DNA from: Mobula hypostoma
Lineage: Eukaryota
NCBI RefSeq assembly: GCF_963921235.1
Contig: NC_086108.1
Location: 94,924,001-94,988,000, forward strand
Length of the DNA: 64,000 nucleotides
Direction of reading: 5' to 3'
In this document: positions 23,890 through 36,980 of the stretch, in pieces
How the letters are laid out: each line of letters begins with the position of its first letter
Position numbering within the stretch: the stretch's first letter is position 1
Notes under the pieces: generated by a model
The model's database searches: none
Told to the model about the DNA's origin: nothing
What the model saw: only the letters and a program-made list of their open reading frames with translations
Program-made: the position numbers and the translations under genes

Positions 23890-26105
23890 CAAAGCCATAA
23901 GATACAGAGGCAGTACTTGAACCATTCAGCCCGTTGAGTCTGCTATGCCATTTCATCATGGCTGATCCATTTTCCCTCTCAACACCATTCCCCTGCTTTC
24001 TCCCTGTAAACTTTCTCGCCCTGACTAATAAAGAACTTATCAACCTCTGCCTCAAATACACCCAAGGACCTGGCTCCCTGGCTCCCAAAGCCACCTGTGG
24101 CAAAGAACTCCACAGATTCACCACCCTCTGGTGAAAGAAATTCCTCCTCACCTCTGTTCTAAATGGACGCTCCTCTGTCCTGAGGCTGTGCCCTCTGGTC
24201 CCAGATTCTCCCACTGTAACAGACATCCTCTCCACATTGACTGTATTTAGGCCTTTTAGCATTCGATAGGTTTCAATGAGATTCCCGCCGTCCCCATTCT
24301 TCTAAATTCCAGCAAGTACCGGCCCAGTGCCATCAAACTTTCCTCAAACTTCCCTTTCTTTCCTGGAATTATTCTCATGAACTTTCTCTAAACCCCTTCC
24401 AGTGTCAGCACATCCTTTCTTTAGGAAATCCTGCACAAAGACTCACAAGTCTCTTTACACATTGGATTTTTGAATTTTCTCCCTGTTTAGAAAATAGTCT
24501 GTGCTTTTATTTCTTCGACCATAGTGCATGACCGAACACTTCCTGACACTATATTCCACCATCCACTTCTTTGCCCATTATCCTAATCTGACTAAATCCT
24601 TCTGTAGCTTCTCTGCTTTCTCAACACTTCCTCCACCTATCTACGTATCATCCACAAACTTGACCACGAAGTCATCAATTCTCTCATCCAAATCATTGGC
24701 ATTTTACATAAAAAGAAGCGGTCCCAATACCAATCCCCGAGAACACCACTACTCACCGGCAGTCGACCAGAAAAGGCTCCCTTTATTTCCACTCTTTGTC
24801 TCTTGCCAATCAGCCAAAACTCTATCCATGCTAGTATCTTTCCTGTAATACCATAGGCTCTTATCTTGTTAAGCAGCCTCATGTACAGCACTTTGTCAAA
24901 GGCCTTCTGAAAGTCCAAGTACACAACATGCACCGATTCTCCTTTGTCTATCCTGTCTGTTAAATGGCCTATAATTTATTGTCTTTTGCTTCCATCCCTT
25001 CTTGAAGAGTGGGGTGACATTTGCAATTTTCCAGACCTCCAGAACCACCCCAGAATCTAGTGCTTCCTAAAGGATCATTACTAATGCCACCACAATTTCT
25101 TCAGCCACCTCGTCCATCAGGTTGGGTGTAGCCCATCTGGTTCTGGTGTCTTCAGACCTTTCGGCTTCCTAAGCTCCTTCTCCCTAGTAATAGCAACTGC
25201 ACTCACTTCTGTCCCCTGATACTCCTGAACTTCTGAAAAACTGCTAGTGCCTTCCATAGTGAAAATAGAGGCAAAATACTTTTTAAGAGGTAGTAATGGA
25301 GGATAATTTCCTTATCCTCCTTTACTACATCTCTAGCATTATTTTCCAGTGATCTGATATCTAATCTCACCTTTCCTTTACTCTTTATATATCAGGGCAA
25401 AAAAAGTTTAGATGTCTTCTTTTGATTTTATTGGCTAGTCTGCCTTCATTTCATCTTTTCCCTCCTTATGACTCTTTCAGTTGCCTTCTGTTGGTTTTTA
25501 AAAGCTTACCAATCATCTAACTTCCCATTAATCACTATCACTCTGATTTTCATCCTCCTGCCAAATTAGTTTAAACTGTCCTCAACAGCTGTAGCAAACC
25601 TGCCCACAAGGATATTGGTCCCCCTTGGGTTCACGTGTATCCAATCCTTTTTGTACGGGCCATACCTTTCCCCCCCGCCCCCCACCACTCCAAGAGATTT
25701 ATTCTATTGATCCAGACATCTGAAGCTCTGTACCAATTCCTCAGCCACGCTGAAGAATCTGTCAAATCATTCTATTCTTAACCTCACTGGTGCATGGTGC
25801 AGGTAGCAAACCAGAGATTACTACTCTGGAGGTACTGCTTTTCAGCTTTCTACCTAACTCGCTAAATTCTGTCTTCAGAACCTCTTCCCTTCTCCTATCT
25901 ATGTCATTGGTGCCAATACTTACAAAGACCTGTCTTCTTACCATCCCTGTTTAGAATGCCATGGACCTGATTCAAGATGTCCCCAATCCTGTCACCTGGG
26001 AGGCAACGTGCCATTCAGGCATCTCTTTCACGTCCACAAAATCTCATGTCTACTCCTCTATCAAATCCCCTATCACTGCAGTCACCTTCTCACTCCCTTT
26101 CTCTG
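23890..26105 (-). mobile_element. CR1 LINE with internal deletions (ORF1 esterase remnant, RT and tail)
   Basis: IGTNDIDRRREEVLK...VVISGLLP (ORF1), VYLDFQKAFDKV (RT), GHSLR/RRNFFHQRVVNLW (C-terminus). Confidence 0.85.
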
Positions 26106-26490
26106 AGCCAAAAGCTCACCAACACTTGCCTCTACCTGTATGGAGCCTCCTTTTGTCAATTTGTTTGGGCTGCTAGAAAAAGCTTTAAGTCTGAATACTG
26201 CTAGGTTCAGGTACAGTTACTCCCCCTCAACCATCAGGCTCTTTAACTTCACTTTTCCTATCACTGAATGGTTCCCACAAACTATAGACTCGCTTTCAAG
26301 GACTCCTCATCTCACGTTCTCAGTTTTTATTGGTTATTTACTGTTTTTTCTATTTACAGTTTGTCTTTTGTACATTGGTCGATAATTCACCCTTTTGGGT
26401 GCAGTCTTTCATTTATTCTGTTATGGTTCTTGGATTTGCTGAGTATGTCAGCAAGAAAACAAATCTCAGGGTTGTACATGATGACATATA

Positions 26491-28070
26491 GAGTGCCTAT
26501 AAAAAGTATTCCCCCCACTTGGAAGTTCTCATGTTTTTATTGTTTTACAACATTGAACCAGAGTGAATTTAATTTGACTTTTATTGACACTGATCAATAG
26601 AAAAACTCTTTTTATGTCAAAGTGGAAAAAAAACTCTGCAAAGTGATCTAAATTAAATACAAATTTAAAACTCAATTATTGAATGCATAAGTATTTACCC
26701 CTCCCTTAATATGACACAACAAATCATCACTGGGGTAGCCAATTGATTTTAGAAGTCAAATAATTAGTTAAATTGAGATCTGTTTTTGGAGACCTATGTG
26801 CAGTCAAGGTGTTTCAGTTGATAGTGGTGTTAATACACCTGTATCTGGAAGGCCCACCTGCTGGAGTATCAGTATTCTGGCAAAAACTCCACCATGAAGA
26901 CAAACGAACACTTCAAGCAACTCCACAATAAGGTTATTGAAAAGCACAAGTCAGGAGATGGACTTCCAAGTCACTGAATATCCTTTGGAGTATAGTTAAG
27001 TCAATCAAGTTAATCTGTCTAGAGCAGGCTGTCCACAAAAACTGAGTGACTGTGCAAGAAGGGGACTAGTGAGGGAGGCCACCAAGAGACCGATGACAAC
27101 ACTAGAGGAGTTTCAAGTTTCAGTGGATGAGATGGGAGAGACCACGCGTACAACACTGTTACCTGGCTGCTTCACCAGTCGCAGTTTTATGGGAGAGTGG
27201 CAAAGAGAAAGTCACTGTTATTCAAAAAAAACATGAAATTTCAGCTAGAGTTTGTCACAAGGCATGTGGGGGACTCTGAAGTCAGCTGGAAAAAGGTTTT
27301 ATGGTCTGATGAAACCAAAATTGAGCTTTTTGGCCATCAGACTAAACGTTATATTTGGCGTAAGCCAAACACTGCACGTCATCAAAAACACACCATCCCT
27401 ACCATGAAGCATGGTAGTGGCTGCAACATGACGTGGAAGTGCATCACTGCAGCAGGCCTTGGAAGGCTTGTGAAGGTAGAGGATAAGTGAATGCAGCAAA
27501 ATACAGGGAAAACCTGGAGGAAATCCTAATGCAATCTGCAAGAGAACTGCGACTTGGGAGACAATTTGTTTTCCAGCAAGATAATGACCCCTAGCATAAA
27601 CCCAGCGCTTAAAAAGGAATGACTTAAAAACAACAAAGAGTGTCCTGGACTGGCCAAGTCAGAGTCCAGACCTGAATCCAATTGAGAATTTGTGGCTGGA
27701 CTTTAAACAGGCTGTTCACTCATGCAATCTGACAGATTGTAGAGAAATATGGGGGGAAAATTGCAGCATCCAGGTGTGCAAAGCTGATAGAGACCTATCC
27801 ACACAGACTCAAGCCTGTAATTGCTGCCAAAGGTGCATCTAGTAAGTACTGATTTGAAGGGAGTGAACACTTATGCAATCAATTATTTTGTGTTTTAATC
27901 TTTGTGTTTAATTTAGATCACTTTGTAGAAATTTGTTTTCGCTTTGACACAAGAGTATTTTTATGTTGATCAGTGTCAAAAAGCCAAGTTCAATCCATTG
28001 TGATTCAATATTGTAAAACAATAAAACATGAAAATTTCCAAGGGTGATGCATACCTTTTTATAGGCACTG
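26491..28070 (+). mobile_element. Tc1-like DNA transposon, degenerate, with ~200-bp TIRs
   Basis: ta|gAGTGCCTATAAAAAGTAT ... ATACCTTTTTATAGGCACTG|ta. Transposase from ATG 26894 with WSDETK, QQDNDP and [11 protein letters not shown] motifs, broken by stops and frameshifts. Confidence 0.92.
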
Positions 28071-28120
28071 TATGTACTTTGATAATAAATTTACTTTGAA
28101 CTTTGCTTTCCTGAGACAGC

Positions 28121-28702
28121 TAAGGAATTGAGGATATATAAAAAAATCATTTTGAACCTATGTATTCTCTGGCTAAAAGAATAATTGGGACCGAATAAGA
28201 ACTCTGTCTTCAGCAGTTAGCTAAAACCGGCTTATACTAGTTCTCCCTTGGTTTGCAGAGAGATATTGAGAGTTTAATAACATTGTACACTGTACCCTCG
28301 TTTGAGTAGGGAGAGGAGGACTCACCAATAAGGAAAAATGAACATCCATCTGTAATTAAGTCAGGGCCTAGCAAAGGGAATAACTGATAAGGACTGGACA
28401 GCACATCCATCTGTAATTAAGCCTTGATCTAGTGGACTGTCTTATCTGTAACTAAGTTTCTCACCAACAGACTTGGTGGGCGTATCAGTTCAAATGACAT
28501 CTTGCTAAGTAATGTATGGGGCTTACTATGTATAAATATATGGCTGTAATTGGAGAGGGGGGCCCACTTGTTGGATGGTGGCAGTACTTGCGTGCCTTCC
28601 CTCTGACAACTGGGTCTCAAACTCCTGCAGGAGGGTGTGCAATAAACTGTTGTAACTATAAGAAGTTGGTTTCCTGAGTTTTATTCAGATTCAATTTTAA
28701 CA
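28121..28702 (+). mobile_element. Solo LTR (ERV/Gypsy-like, ~580 bp)
   Basis: 4-bp TSD cagc (28117-28120, 28703-28706); ends TTAACA; TATAAATA at 28531 and AATAAA at 28641; internal duplication acatccatctgtaattaag. The 5' end reads TA rather than TG. Confidence 0.65.
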
Positions 28703-29740
28703 CAGCAGGTAGCAGGCAGTCCATGAGAGAAGAGACTGTGTATCGTAATTTACTCAGTCCCTTGTGTCCTTTCCTGTGTTCAGGAAAGTTTCCTTAATCC
28801 ATATATAGAGGTCCCAACTAGAGAGAACATGATATTAGATCTCCTGCTGGAGAATAATTCAGGGCAGGTCACAGAAGATTGTGTAGAGGAACACTGCATC
28901 CAGTACTCAATTTTCCAGTTACTGGAACCACCCCAGAATCTAGTGATTCATGAAAGATTATTACTAATAACTCGACAATCTCTTCAGCTACTTCTTTCAG
29001 AAACCTGGGGAGTAGTTTCAAGATAATTATAGATAAGTATATTGGTCTGGTCCTCTGGTTGAGATTCTAAATGGAGAAAGGCAGATTTTTGTTTTGATGG
29101 TATCAAAAAAGATCTGATGTGTGGATTGGGACAGCTTGCTTTCTGGCAAAGGTGTGCTTTGTAAATGTAAGGCTTTCAAAAGTGAACGTTTGAGAGTACA
29201 GAGTTTGTACATCCCTGTCTGACTAAAAGGCAGGAATAATGGGTTTGGGGAACTTTGGTTTTGAAATGTATTGAGATCCACTTAAGAAGAAGGACGTACA
29301 TAGCAGGTATAGGCAGGAAGGAACAAATGAAGTACTTGAGTATAAGAAATGCAAGAGAAGAGGGCATGAGATCACTCTTACAGCCAAGGTGAAGGAGAAT
29401 CTCAAAGGCTTCTACAGATATATTAAGAGCAAAAGATTAGCAAAGGACAAAATTGATCCTCTTGAAGGTCATGGCAGCAATCTATGCATGGAGCTGAAGG
29501 AGATGGGGGAGATTTTAAATGGATTTTTTTTGTATATGTATTTACTTGGGAGATGGATATAGAGTTCATAGAAGTGAGGTGATCCGTAGTGAAATCATGG
29601 TCCTTGTACAGGTTAGAGGAGGAGATGTTTGCTGTCCTGAGGCAAATTAGGGCAGATAAATCTGCAGAGCTTGACAAGCTGTTCCCTTGGACATTGTGGG
29701 AGGCAAGTCTAGAAATTGCAGGGGCCCTAGCAGAGGTATT

Positions 29741-30636
29741 TCAAAGGCATCAAAGTATGTATACAGTATACACACCTGAGATTTGCCTTCCCGCAGACAA
29801 CCACAAAGAAAAGAAACACCGTAAAACCCTTTTAAAGAAAAACCTCAACAACAAAGACCATCAAACAGCTAACATGCGAAAAATAAAAAATCATGCGAAC
29901 ATCAAAAAGCGAGCGAACAACAGAGCTTTTAACATCAAACTGCAGAGTCCCCAAAATGGTCCAGAAGCCACAGCCACTGAGTCAATTAATAAAGTGCTGT
30001 TTTGATGGCTGCAGGCCACAGTGCACAGAGCCAATACATGCCAAAGTGCCTTGATCTAATTGCACAAATAGTTTCTAAAAAAAAGTAAACAAAAGCACAT
30101 GGTCCATGAACTGCAGTGTCACCCAAAAGTGAGATCATAGCCATGAGCGCATTCAGCACTGAGGATACTAAATGTTAAAAGCAGAGTCCCCCTAAAATGA
30201 ATCCGCATCCACGAAAGAGCCCTGCAGCGTAGGACCCAAGTCTCCTGCGCCTCACGCCAACAGCAGTGAGAGGGAGATCGGTCAAACGCAGACTGTGCAA
30301 CACTGAGCACCTGTTCATTTTCTGCTCTCGTCCTTCTCGATGTTAACCTTGGCCAATTGTTTTAATTGGGGCGGAGTAATGAAGCTGACTGTGGGTTTGT
30401 GCTCCATTATTGGGGATCGATGGCTGCCCCTACACACCATCTCAACCTCTCTGAATCCCCCAGATGATGGCAAAAGTGCCGGATCATTTAATTGCCTCAA
30501 AAATACATTCTTAAAGTAGAAATTGCAGGCTGCAGTTGATCAGTTCAGGAGAAGTGTATTTAAAAGAAGAAGGGTATCAAGTAGTTTCGTGAGCTGTCTG
30601 TAGGATATCACCATTGGTCATTGGCGCCACCTTACG
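29741..30636 (-). mobile_element. Non-autonomous LINE-like element (~900 bp)
   Basis: Minus strand starts taAGGTGGCGcc and ends ...aatctcaggtgtgtatactgtatacatactttgatgcctttga (Rex1-type tail); host CR1 continues across it. Confidence 0.6.
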
Positions 30637-31412
30637 TCCTTAAGCCACGGGTGAGGCATTGGAGGATTGAAGGATAGCTAATGTTGTTCCATTGTTTAAG
30701 AAAGGCTCTAAGAATAAGGCAGGAAGTTATAGGCCAGTGAGCCTAACATCAGTAATGACTAAGTTATTGTAAGATATTCTAAGGGACCAGGTATATAGGT
30801 ATATGGAGAAACAGGGGACTGATTACAAATAGTCAACATAGCTTTGTGTGTGTTAAGTCATGTCTAACCAATCTTCGTCGTTTTTTTAAGGATGTTGCCA
30901 GGAAAGTTTAAGGCAAGGCAGTGGGTGTTATATACATGGACATTAACAAGGCTTTTGTCAACATCCCGCATTGGTTGTTGGTCAAGAAAGTCCATTCACT
31001 TGGCATTCAGGATGAGGTAGTAAATTGGATTAGACATTGGTTTCACAGAAGAAGTCAGAGAGTGGTTGTAGACGGTTGCCATCTGACTGGAGACCTGTGA
31101 CTAGAGGTGTGCTGCAGGGATTGAGGCTGGCTCCATTGTTGTTTATCATCTACATCAGCGATCTAGGTAATTAGTAAATGGATTAGTGAATTTGTGGATG
31201 ACACCAAGATTGGAGGCACAGAGGACAGCGAGGAAGGCTGTCAAAGCTTGCAGAAGAATCTGGACCAGCTGGAATAGTGGGCTGAAAAAATGGTAGATAG
31301 AATTTAATGCAGGCCAGTGTGAGGTATTGCACTTTGGGAAGATAAACCAGAGTAGGACTTGCACGGTGAACGGTAGGGCATTGAGTGTAGCAGGACACAA
31401 GGATCTGGGAAT

Positions 31413-34400
31413 CATCATTATCATCATCGGGTGCCGTGCCCAGTTTGAGCTTTGACTGCCATGGCCCACACACTCCTGCTTCGGGTCAAGTGGATCAATT
31501 CATTGATATTCATTTCCAGTTCTCTGGCTGCTGTCTCCATCATCATTTGGCTTTGTCATCCTCTTGCTTTCTTCCCTTCAATCTTTCCCATAATTACCAT
31601 GCATTCTAACTCCTCTTTCCTAATCACATGTCCAATGAAGTTGTATTGCCTTTTCATGATCTCATACATTATTTCTCTTTTTGTGCTTGCTCTGTTCATG
31701 ACATCCTCGTTAGATATTTGTTTCATCCATGATATTCTTTGCATCCTCCTCAAAAACCACATCTCTGCTGTTTCAATTCATTTCCTCATGTTACTAGATA
31801 TTGTCCAACATTCTGAGCCATATAACATAACTGGATAAACATAACATTTCAGTACTCTGAGGTGGGTTGTCATGCCTAGTTTAGTATTGGTCAGTATACT
31901 CTTCGTTCTCGTAAAGGTGTCTTTTGCCATCCCTATTCTTGTTTTGATGCCTATATTGCACCTGCCATCTGATGTCACCCAGCTTCCTAAGTAGCAAAAG
32001 TTCTGTACTTGTTTTATGTCTTCCCCATTTATTCTCAGCCTGCAGATAGGATTCTCCTTTTTGGGCATCGCCATGCATTCTGTCATTTTCCAATTGATAG
32101 ATAGACCTATTTTTGCACTTTCTTCAACAACTATATCAATTAAGTTTTGTAGTTCTTCCTCCGCACTTGCAATTAACACAGTGTCATCCACATATCTGAA
32201 ATTATTGATGTTTTCACCACCAACTTTGATTCCCAAGATGTCTCTTATTTTTTGTAATATTGTTTCACTGTACACATTAAATAAATCAGGGGAGAAAACA
32301 CACCCCTGTCTAACGCCTCTCTTGATTTTCCTAAACTGACTCACTTCTCCATCTATTCTTACAGCGGCAGTTTGTTCCCAGTACAGCTTTCTGATTAAGC
32401 GGAGGTCTTTCGAATCTAGATCTAGAGTTTCCTGTAATATTTCAAATGACTTATTGTGTTTCACTTTATCAAATGCTTTTGTGTAGTCGATAAAACAAAC
32501 AAATCTTTTTGCTTTTGAATAGCTCGTTCTGATAGTATCCTTAATGTCAATATTGCCTTTCTTGTGCTTTTGTCTTTCACAAAACCACATTGTTCTTTAC
32601 CTATTTCAGCATGTATCTTACTTTTAGCTCTCGTCATTAAAATTGTCAGAAGTATCTTGGTGATATGACTCATTAACCTTATGGTCCTATGTAATTCACA
32701 TTCTATTGCTCCAGCTTTCTTAGGAAGAGTGATAAATACTGATTTTTTTTCATCTCTTCTGGTATTATTCCAGTCTCATAAATGTTATTGATTAAATCAG
32801 TAAGTTTTTCAATTCCATAATCTTCAAGGGCGATAATTTGTTCTATTACTAATTCATCAGGACCTGCTGCCTTTCCTTTCTTCATTTTATTTATTGCATT
32901 ACGAACTTCAGATTTTAAAATACTTGGACCTTCAATGTTTTTCTTCATTTCTGGTTTTTCGCCTCGATCGTCTTCAAACAATTCCTGAATATACTCAGTC
33001 CACCTGTTCATAATCTCATCTTTTTCCATGATAATGGTACCATCCTTTGCTTTCAAACATCCACCTGAAGAACAGAGGAGCTTTTTACCAGTGATATTCT
33101 TGATTTGTTGATGTAACCTTTTTGGATCAGTAATAGGGATTCTTTCTATTTGCTCACATTCCTGGTTTAACCATTCTTCTTGGCTTTTTAACATAAGCTT
33201 TTAACTTTTTAATCTAAGGATTTATATTCTATAGGATTTGCTTTCTTCCGTCTCCTTTCTTCCATTAGATTTTTGATTTCATCTGTCATCCATTTATTCT
33301 TTGTGCTTTTTTCTTTTTTAGGAATCACTGACTTTGCTGATTCTACCAAGTCATCTTTCAGAGAGTTAAACTTCATTTCTACATGATTGCTATCATCTTC
33401 AACATATTTTATTTCTAGACTTTGAAATCTATTCCTTACTTCAATTGTAAATTTTTGTCTAAGTTTTCTTCTTTAATTAATTGCAAGTAGTCAAGGGATT
33501 GTTCAGGTTTTTGCTTCTTTAGTTTTTTAAGTTTTACTTTTACATGACATACTACTGGGTTATGGTCACTATTACAGTTTGCACCTGGATATGTTTTGCA
33601 TTGAGTCACTGAGTTTTAAGTCTTTGGTTTGTAGTAATAAAGTCAATTTGATTTCTAGTATTATCACCTGGACTTTTCCAGGTCCACAAGCGTCTTGGAT
33701 GGTTTTTAAAGTAGGTATTCATAATAACCTGATTATTCATCTTGCACCATTCTACCCATTTCTCACCTCTCTCATTTCTTTCCCCTAGTCCAAATTTTCC
33801 TGTGGTATTTCCATCAGCACCTTGTCCTACTTTAGCATTTAGATCTCCCATGACAATAACAGTATCTCAAGATTTGCATCCATTCTTTGCTTGTTCAAGC
33901 TCTTCATAGAATTTATCTTTATCCTCATTTGTTTCATCTGTTGTTGGTGCATATACCGGTATAATTGCTAAATCAAATGGTTGTCCTCTGAATCTAACAA
34001 GGAGCACTCTTTCTGATATTGCCCAACGTCCTAAAACACTTTTGTTGTCATCCATAAGAATTCCTACTCCATTAGTATGGGACGTTTCACAAGAACAAAT
34101 TAATGTTTTATTTCTATTCTGACATGTTCCAGCACCTATCCAACGAACTTCGCTAATTCCCATGATGTTAAACTTTAGTCTTTCCATTTCATTTATCACA
34201 TTGTCCAATCTTCCTGCTTGATACTGTATAGTGTTCTTACATTCCAAGTGGCAATAATTTTCTTTTGTGTTACTTGAATTTTATGAGCAGTAGCTTGATC
34301 ACGGTCAGGGATCCCCTGCTGCCCAGAATCAACCCTACCGAGCGAAACATCTTCAGAATTGTCTTGAAGATTCTCTTGACGCTGTTGTTGTGTGTTACAT

Positions 34401-34791
34401 TTTGAGAGTTTGACCAGGTTTTCTTAGCAAATAGATTCTAGGAAACCTAGTATCTAGCAACGGTGGTTTGCTATTGCCTTCTGTTGGGCAAACTAAAGAA
34501 ATCGCCATTTCTCTTTCAAAATGTTCATCCGCCTGTACTATAGCCATTGACATTTGAGGTCCTAGCTCACCCGCCTTCTCCATCTTAAGTTCAGTTACTG
34601 AACCTGCGGGATCTGCCGTTGGCCTTCGCTCGTATCCTGAGCAGGAACCCTTGCAGGTGCTACCGTTCTGGGTTAGAGCAGCCCTGGGAGCAATGAATGA
34701 CTAAGGGGTAACTCCACTTTCCCCAAAGCTCTGTAAGTCCCCAATCAGAGCCTCATCACCGGTTGCAGTTTAGAGTCATACCTAGGACACT
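31413..34791 (-). mobile_element. Near full-length RTE-clade LINE (APE and RT, frameshifted)
   Basis: IATWNVR, GISEVRW, VYAPT, MGDLNAKVG, WTWKSPG..RNQIDFI, GVRQGCVFSP, RYVDD, GKIEGK; (GAT)n-like tail at 31411-31428; TSD atctgggaat/atttgggaat (31403-31412, 34792-34801). Confidence 0.92.
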
Positions 34792-36084
34792 ATTTGGGAA
34801 TACAGATCCATAATTCCTTGAAAGTGAAGTTACAAGTAGATAGGGTCATAAAGAGTCTTTGGCACGTTAGCTTTCATAAATCAAAGTATTAAGTATAGGA
34901 GTTCTGATGTTATGTTGAAGTTGTAGATGATGTTGGTGAGGCCTAATTTGGAGTATTGTGTGTAGTCCTGGTCACTTGACTCCAGGAAAGATGTCAATAA
35001 GATTGAAAGCATGCAGAGAAAATTGACAAGGATGTCGCCAGTTCTTGAGAACTTGAATTATAGGGAAAGATTGAAAAGGTTAGGACTTCATTCCTTTGAA
35101 TGTAGAAGACTGAGGGAAGATGTGATAGAAGTAGACAAAATTATTAGGGGTATAGATGAGGTAAATAAAAGCAGGCTTTTTCCACTGGGGTTAGCTGAGA
35201 CTAGAGCTGCATGTCATGGGCTATGGGTGAAGGGTGAAGTGTTTAAGGGATTGTGTAAGGAGTGTGTGGAACAAAATGCCAAAGGAAGTGGCGCATGGGG
35301 GATCAACTTCAATATTTAAGAGAAATTTGGATAGGTAGGTGGATGGAAGGAGTATGAGGGGCTGTGATCCTGGTGCAGGCTGATGGGATGAGTCAGATTA
35401 ATAGTTCGGCAAGGACCAGGTGAGCCAAAGGGCCTGTTTCTGTGCTGTAGTGTTCTCTGACTCTTTAACTGTGTGTCCACGACTTTGTGTGGTTACGGGC
35501 AGAGGAGTTACCATACCAAGCTCTTGTGCATCAGGATGGAATGCTTTCTATGGTGTACATTGATTTTAATTATATGTGGGGGGAAAAAATCGGTAGGTGT
35601 CAACGAGGAATTACCAATTTTCTTTAGCCTCAAGGAAGTAAAGATGTTGGTGAGCTTTCTTAGATTGTAAATTCTTCCCTTTAAGACACTTGCTGAGCTC
35701 TCTTCTAAACTGTATAGTTAAATCTGCTTCTGACCACAATTCTGACCACAAAATAAATTCACATGTCATATTTGCTTGCCAGTTACCTTATATTCTTTGT
35801 TCTCTAGTTCTTCACCTCTCTACCAGTGGGAAAACATTTTTCTATTCCATATGAGCTTTCATCAGATCTCCTCTTGATGTAATAACAACAGCCACAGCTT
35901 ATCCAGTTTATCCACTAGGTTAATATTCTTTATCTCTGGAATCACTTTTATAAATCTCCTGTACTCTCCCTAAAGCCTTCACACCTCTCCTAGAGAGTGG
36001 CACCCAGAAGTGAATACCATCCGTCTGATTGCAGTTAAACCAGTATTTTGTGAAAATTCATTATGACTGACTGGCTCTTGTATA

Positions 36085-36980
36085 TTATCAAAGTACATGC
36101 TGTATATGTCACCATGTACAACCCTGAGATGCATTTTCTGCGGGCATAATTAGCAAATCTATAGAATAGTAACTATAACAGGATCAATGAAAGACCAAGT
36201 AGAGTGCAGAAGGCAAAAAACTGTGCAGATGCAAATATAAATAAATAGCAATAAATAGTGAGAATGAAATAATAAGCTAAAGAGTCCTTAAAGTGAGATC
36301 ATTGGTTGTGGGAACATCTCAATGGATGGGCGACTGAGTGTAACTATCCCCTTTGGTTTAAGAGCCTGGTGGTTGAGGAGTAGTAACTGTTCTTGAACCT
36401 TGTGGTGCAAGTTCTGAGGCTCTTGTACCTTCTACCTGATGGCAACAGGAAGTAAAAAGCATGGCCTGTGTCATAAGGATCTCTGACTGCCACTTTCCTA
36501 CGACAGCATTTCATGTAGATAGGCCGGCTGGTGGTGCAATGGCATCAGTGCTGGACTCCGGAGCGAAAGCTCCTGAGTTCAAATCCAAGTCGGGCCACCC
36601 CCGAGCATGCTTTCCATCCATGCTGAGTTGAGCGTCGAGCTAGCCACTCAGCCTTGTAAAAAAAAAAGGGTCGAGTCAGGAACTGTGATACCGTGACCCG
36701 GTTAATCCGAAAGGAGACCAATCCTGACAGCACGCGCCAGACAAGAATGGTGACTATCTGGTGCGACACACCAAAAAAAACATTTAATGTAGATGTGCTC
36801 AGTGGTTGTTGAGAGGGCTTTACACGTGATGTACTGGACCGAATCCACTACCTTTTGTAGGATTTTCCATTCAAAGGCATTGGTGTTTCCATACCAGGCT
36901 GTGATGCAGCCAGTCAATACTACTCATCTTTAGAAGTTTGCTAAAGTTTTTGATGTCATGCCAAATCTCTGCAGACTTGG
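36085..36980 (-). mobile_element. Rex1/Babar-like LINE 3' fragment hosting a SINE
   Basis: TGCITAWYGN, LQKVV, LLPSGRRYKS-like segment and 3' tail. Confidence 0.75.
36521..36780 (+). mobile_element. Full-length tRNA-derived SINE
   Basis: A box TGGTGCAATGG, B box GAGTTCAAATCC, A-tail, and 14-bp TSD catttcatgtagat/catttaatgtagat (36507-36520, 36781-36794). Confidence 0.85.

Larger units (their letters stand above)
23500..28105 (+). mobile_element. Degenerate Rex1/Babar-like LINE interrupted by a CR1 (23890-26105) and a Tc1 (26491-28070)
   Basis: MKCFKKLV, LLQFAY and RMLFIDYSSAFNTIIP at 23560-23880; 3' part at ~26110-26490; tail tgtactttgataataaatttactttgaactttg resumes after the Tc1. Confidence 0.7.
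28790..35465 (+). mobile_element. Old CR1 LINE split by insertions at 29741-30636 and 31413-34791
   Basis: Degenerate ANVVPLFKKG, YRPVSLTS, FVDDTKIGG and LEYCV motifs run colinearly across the insertions; tail at ~35430-35465. Confidence 0.8.

Noticed and set aside
36522..36595. Possible tRNA gene
   Set aside because: The A/B boxes belong to a SINE head with body, A-tail and TSD; there is no convincing cloverleaf.
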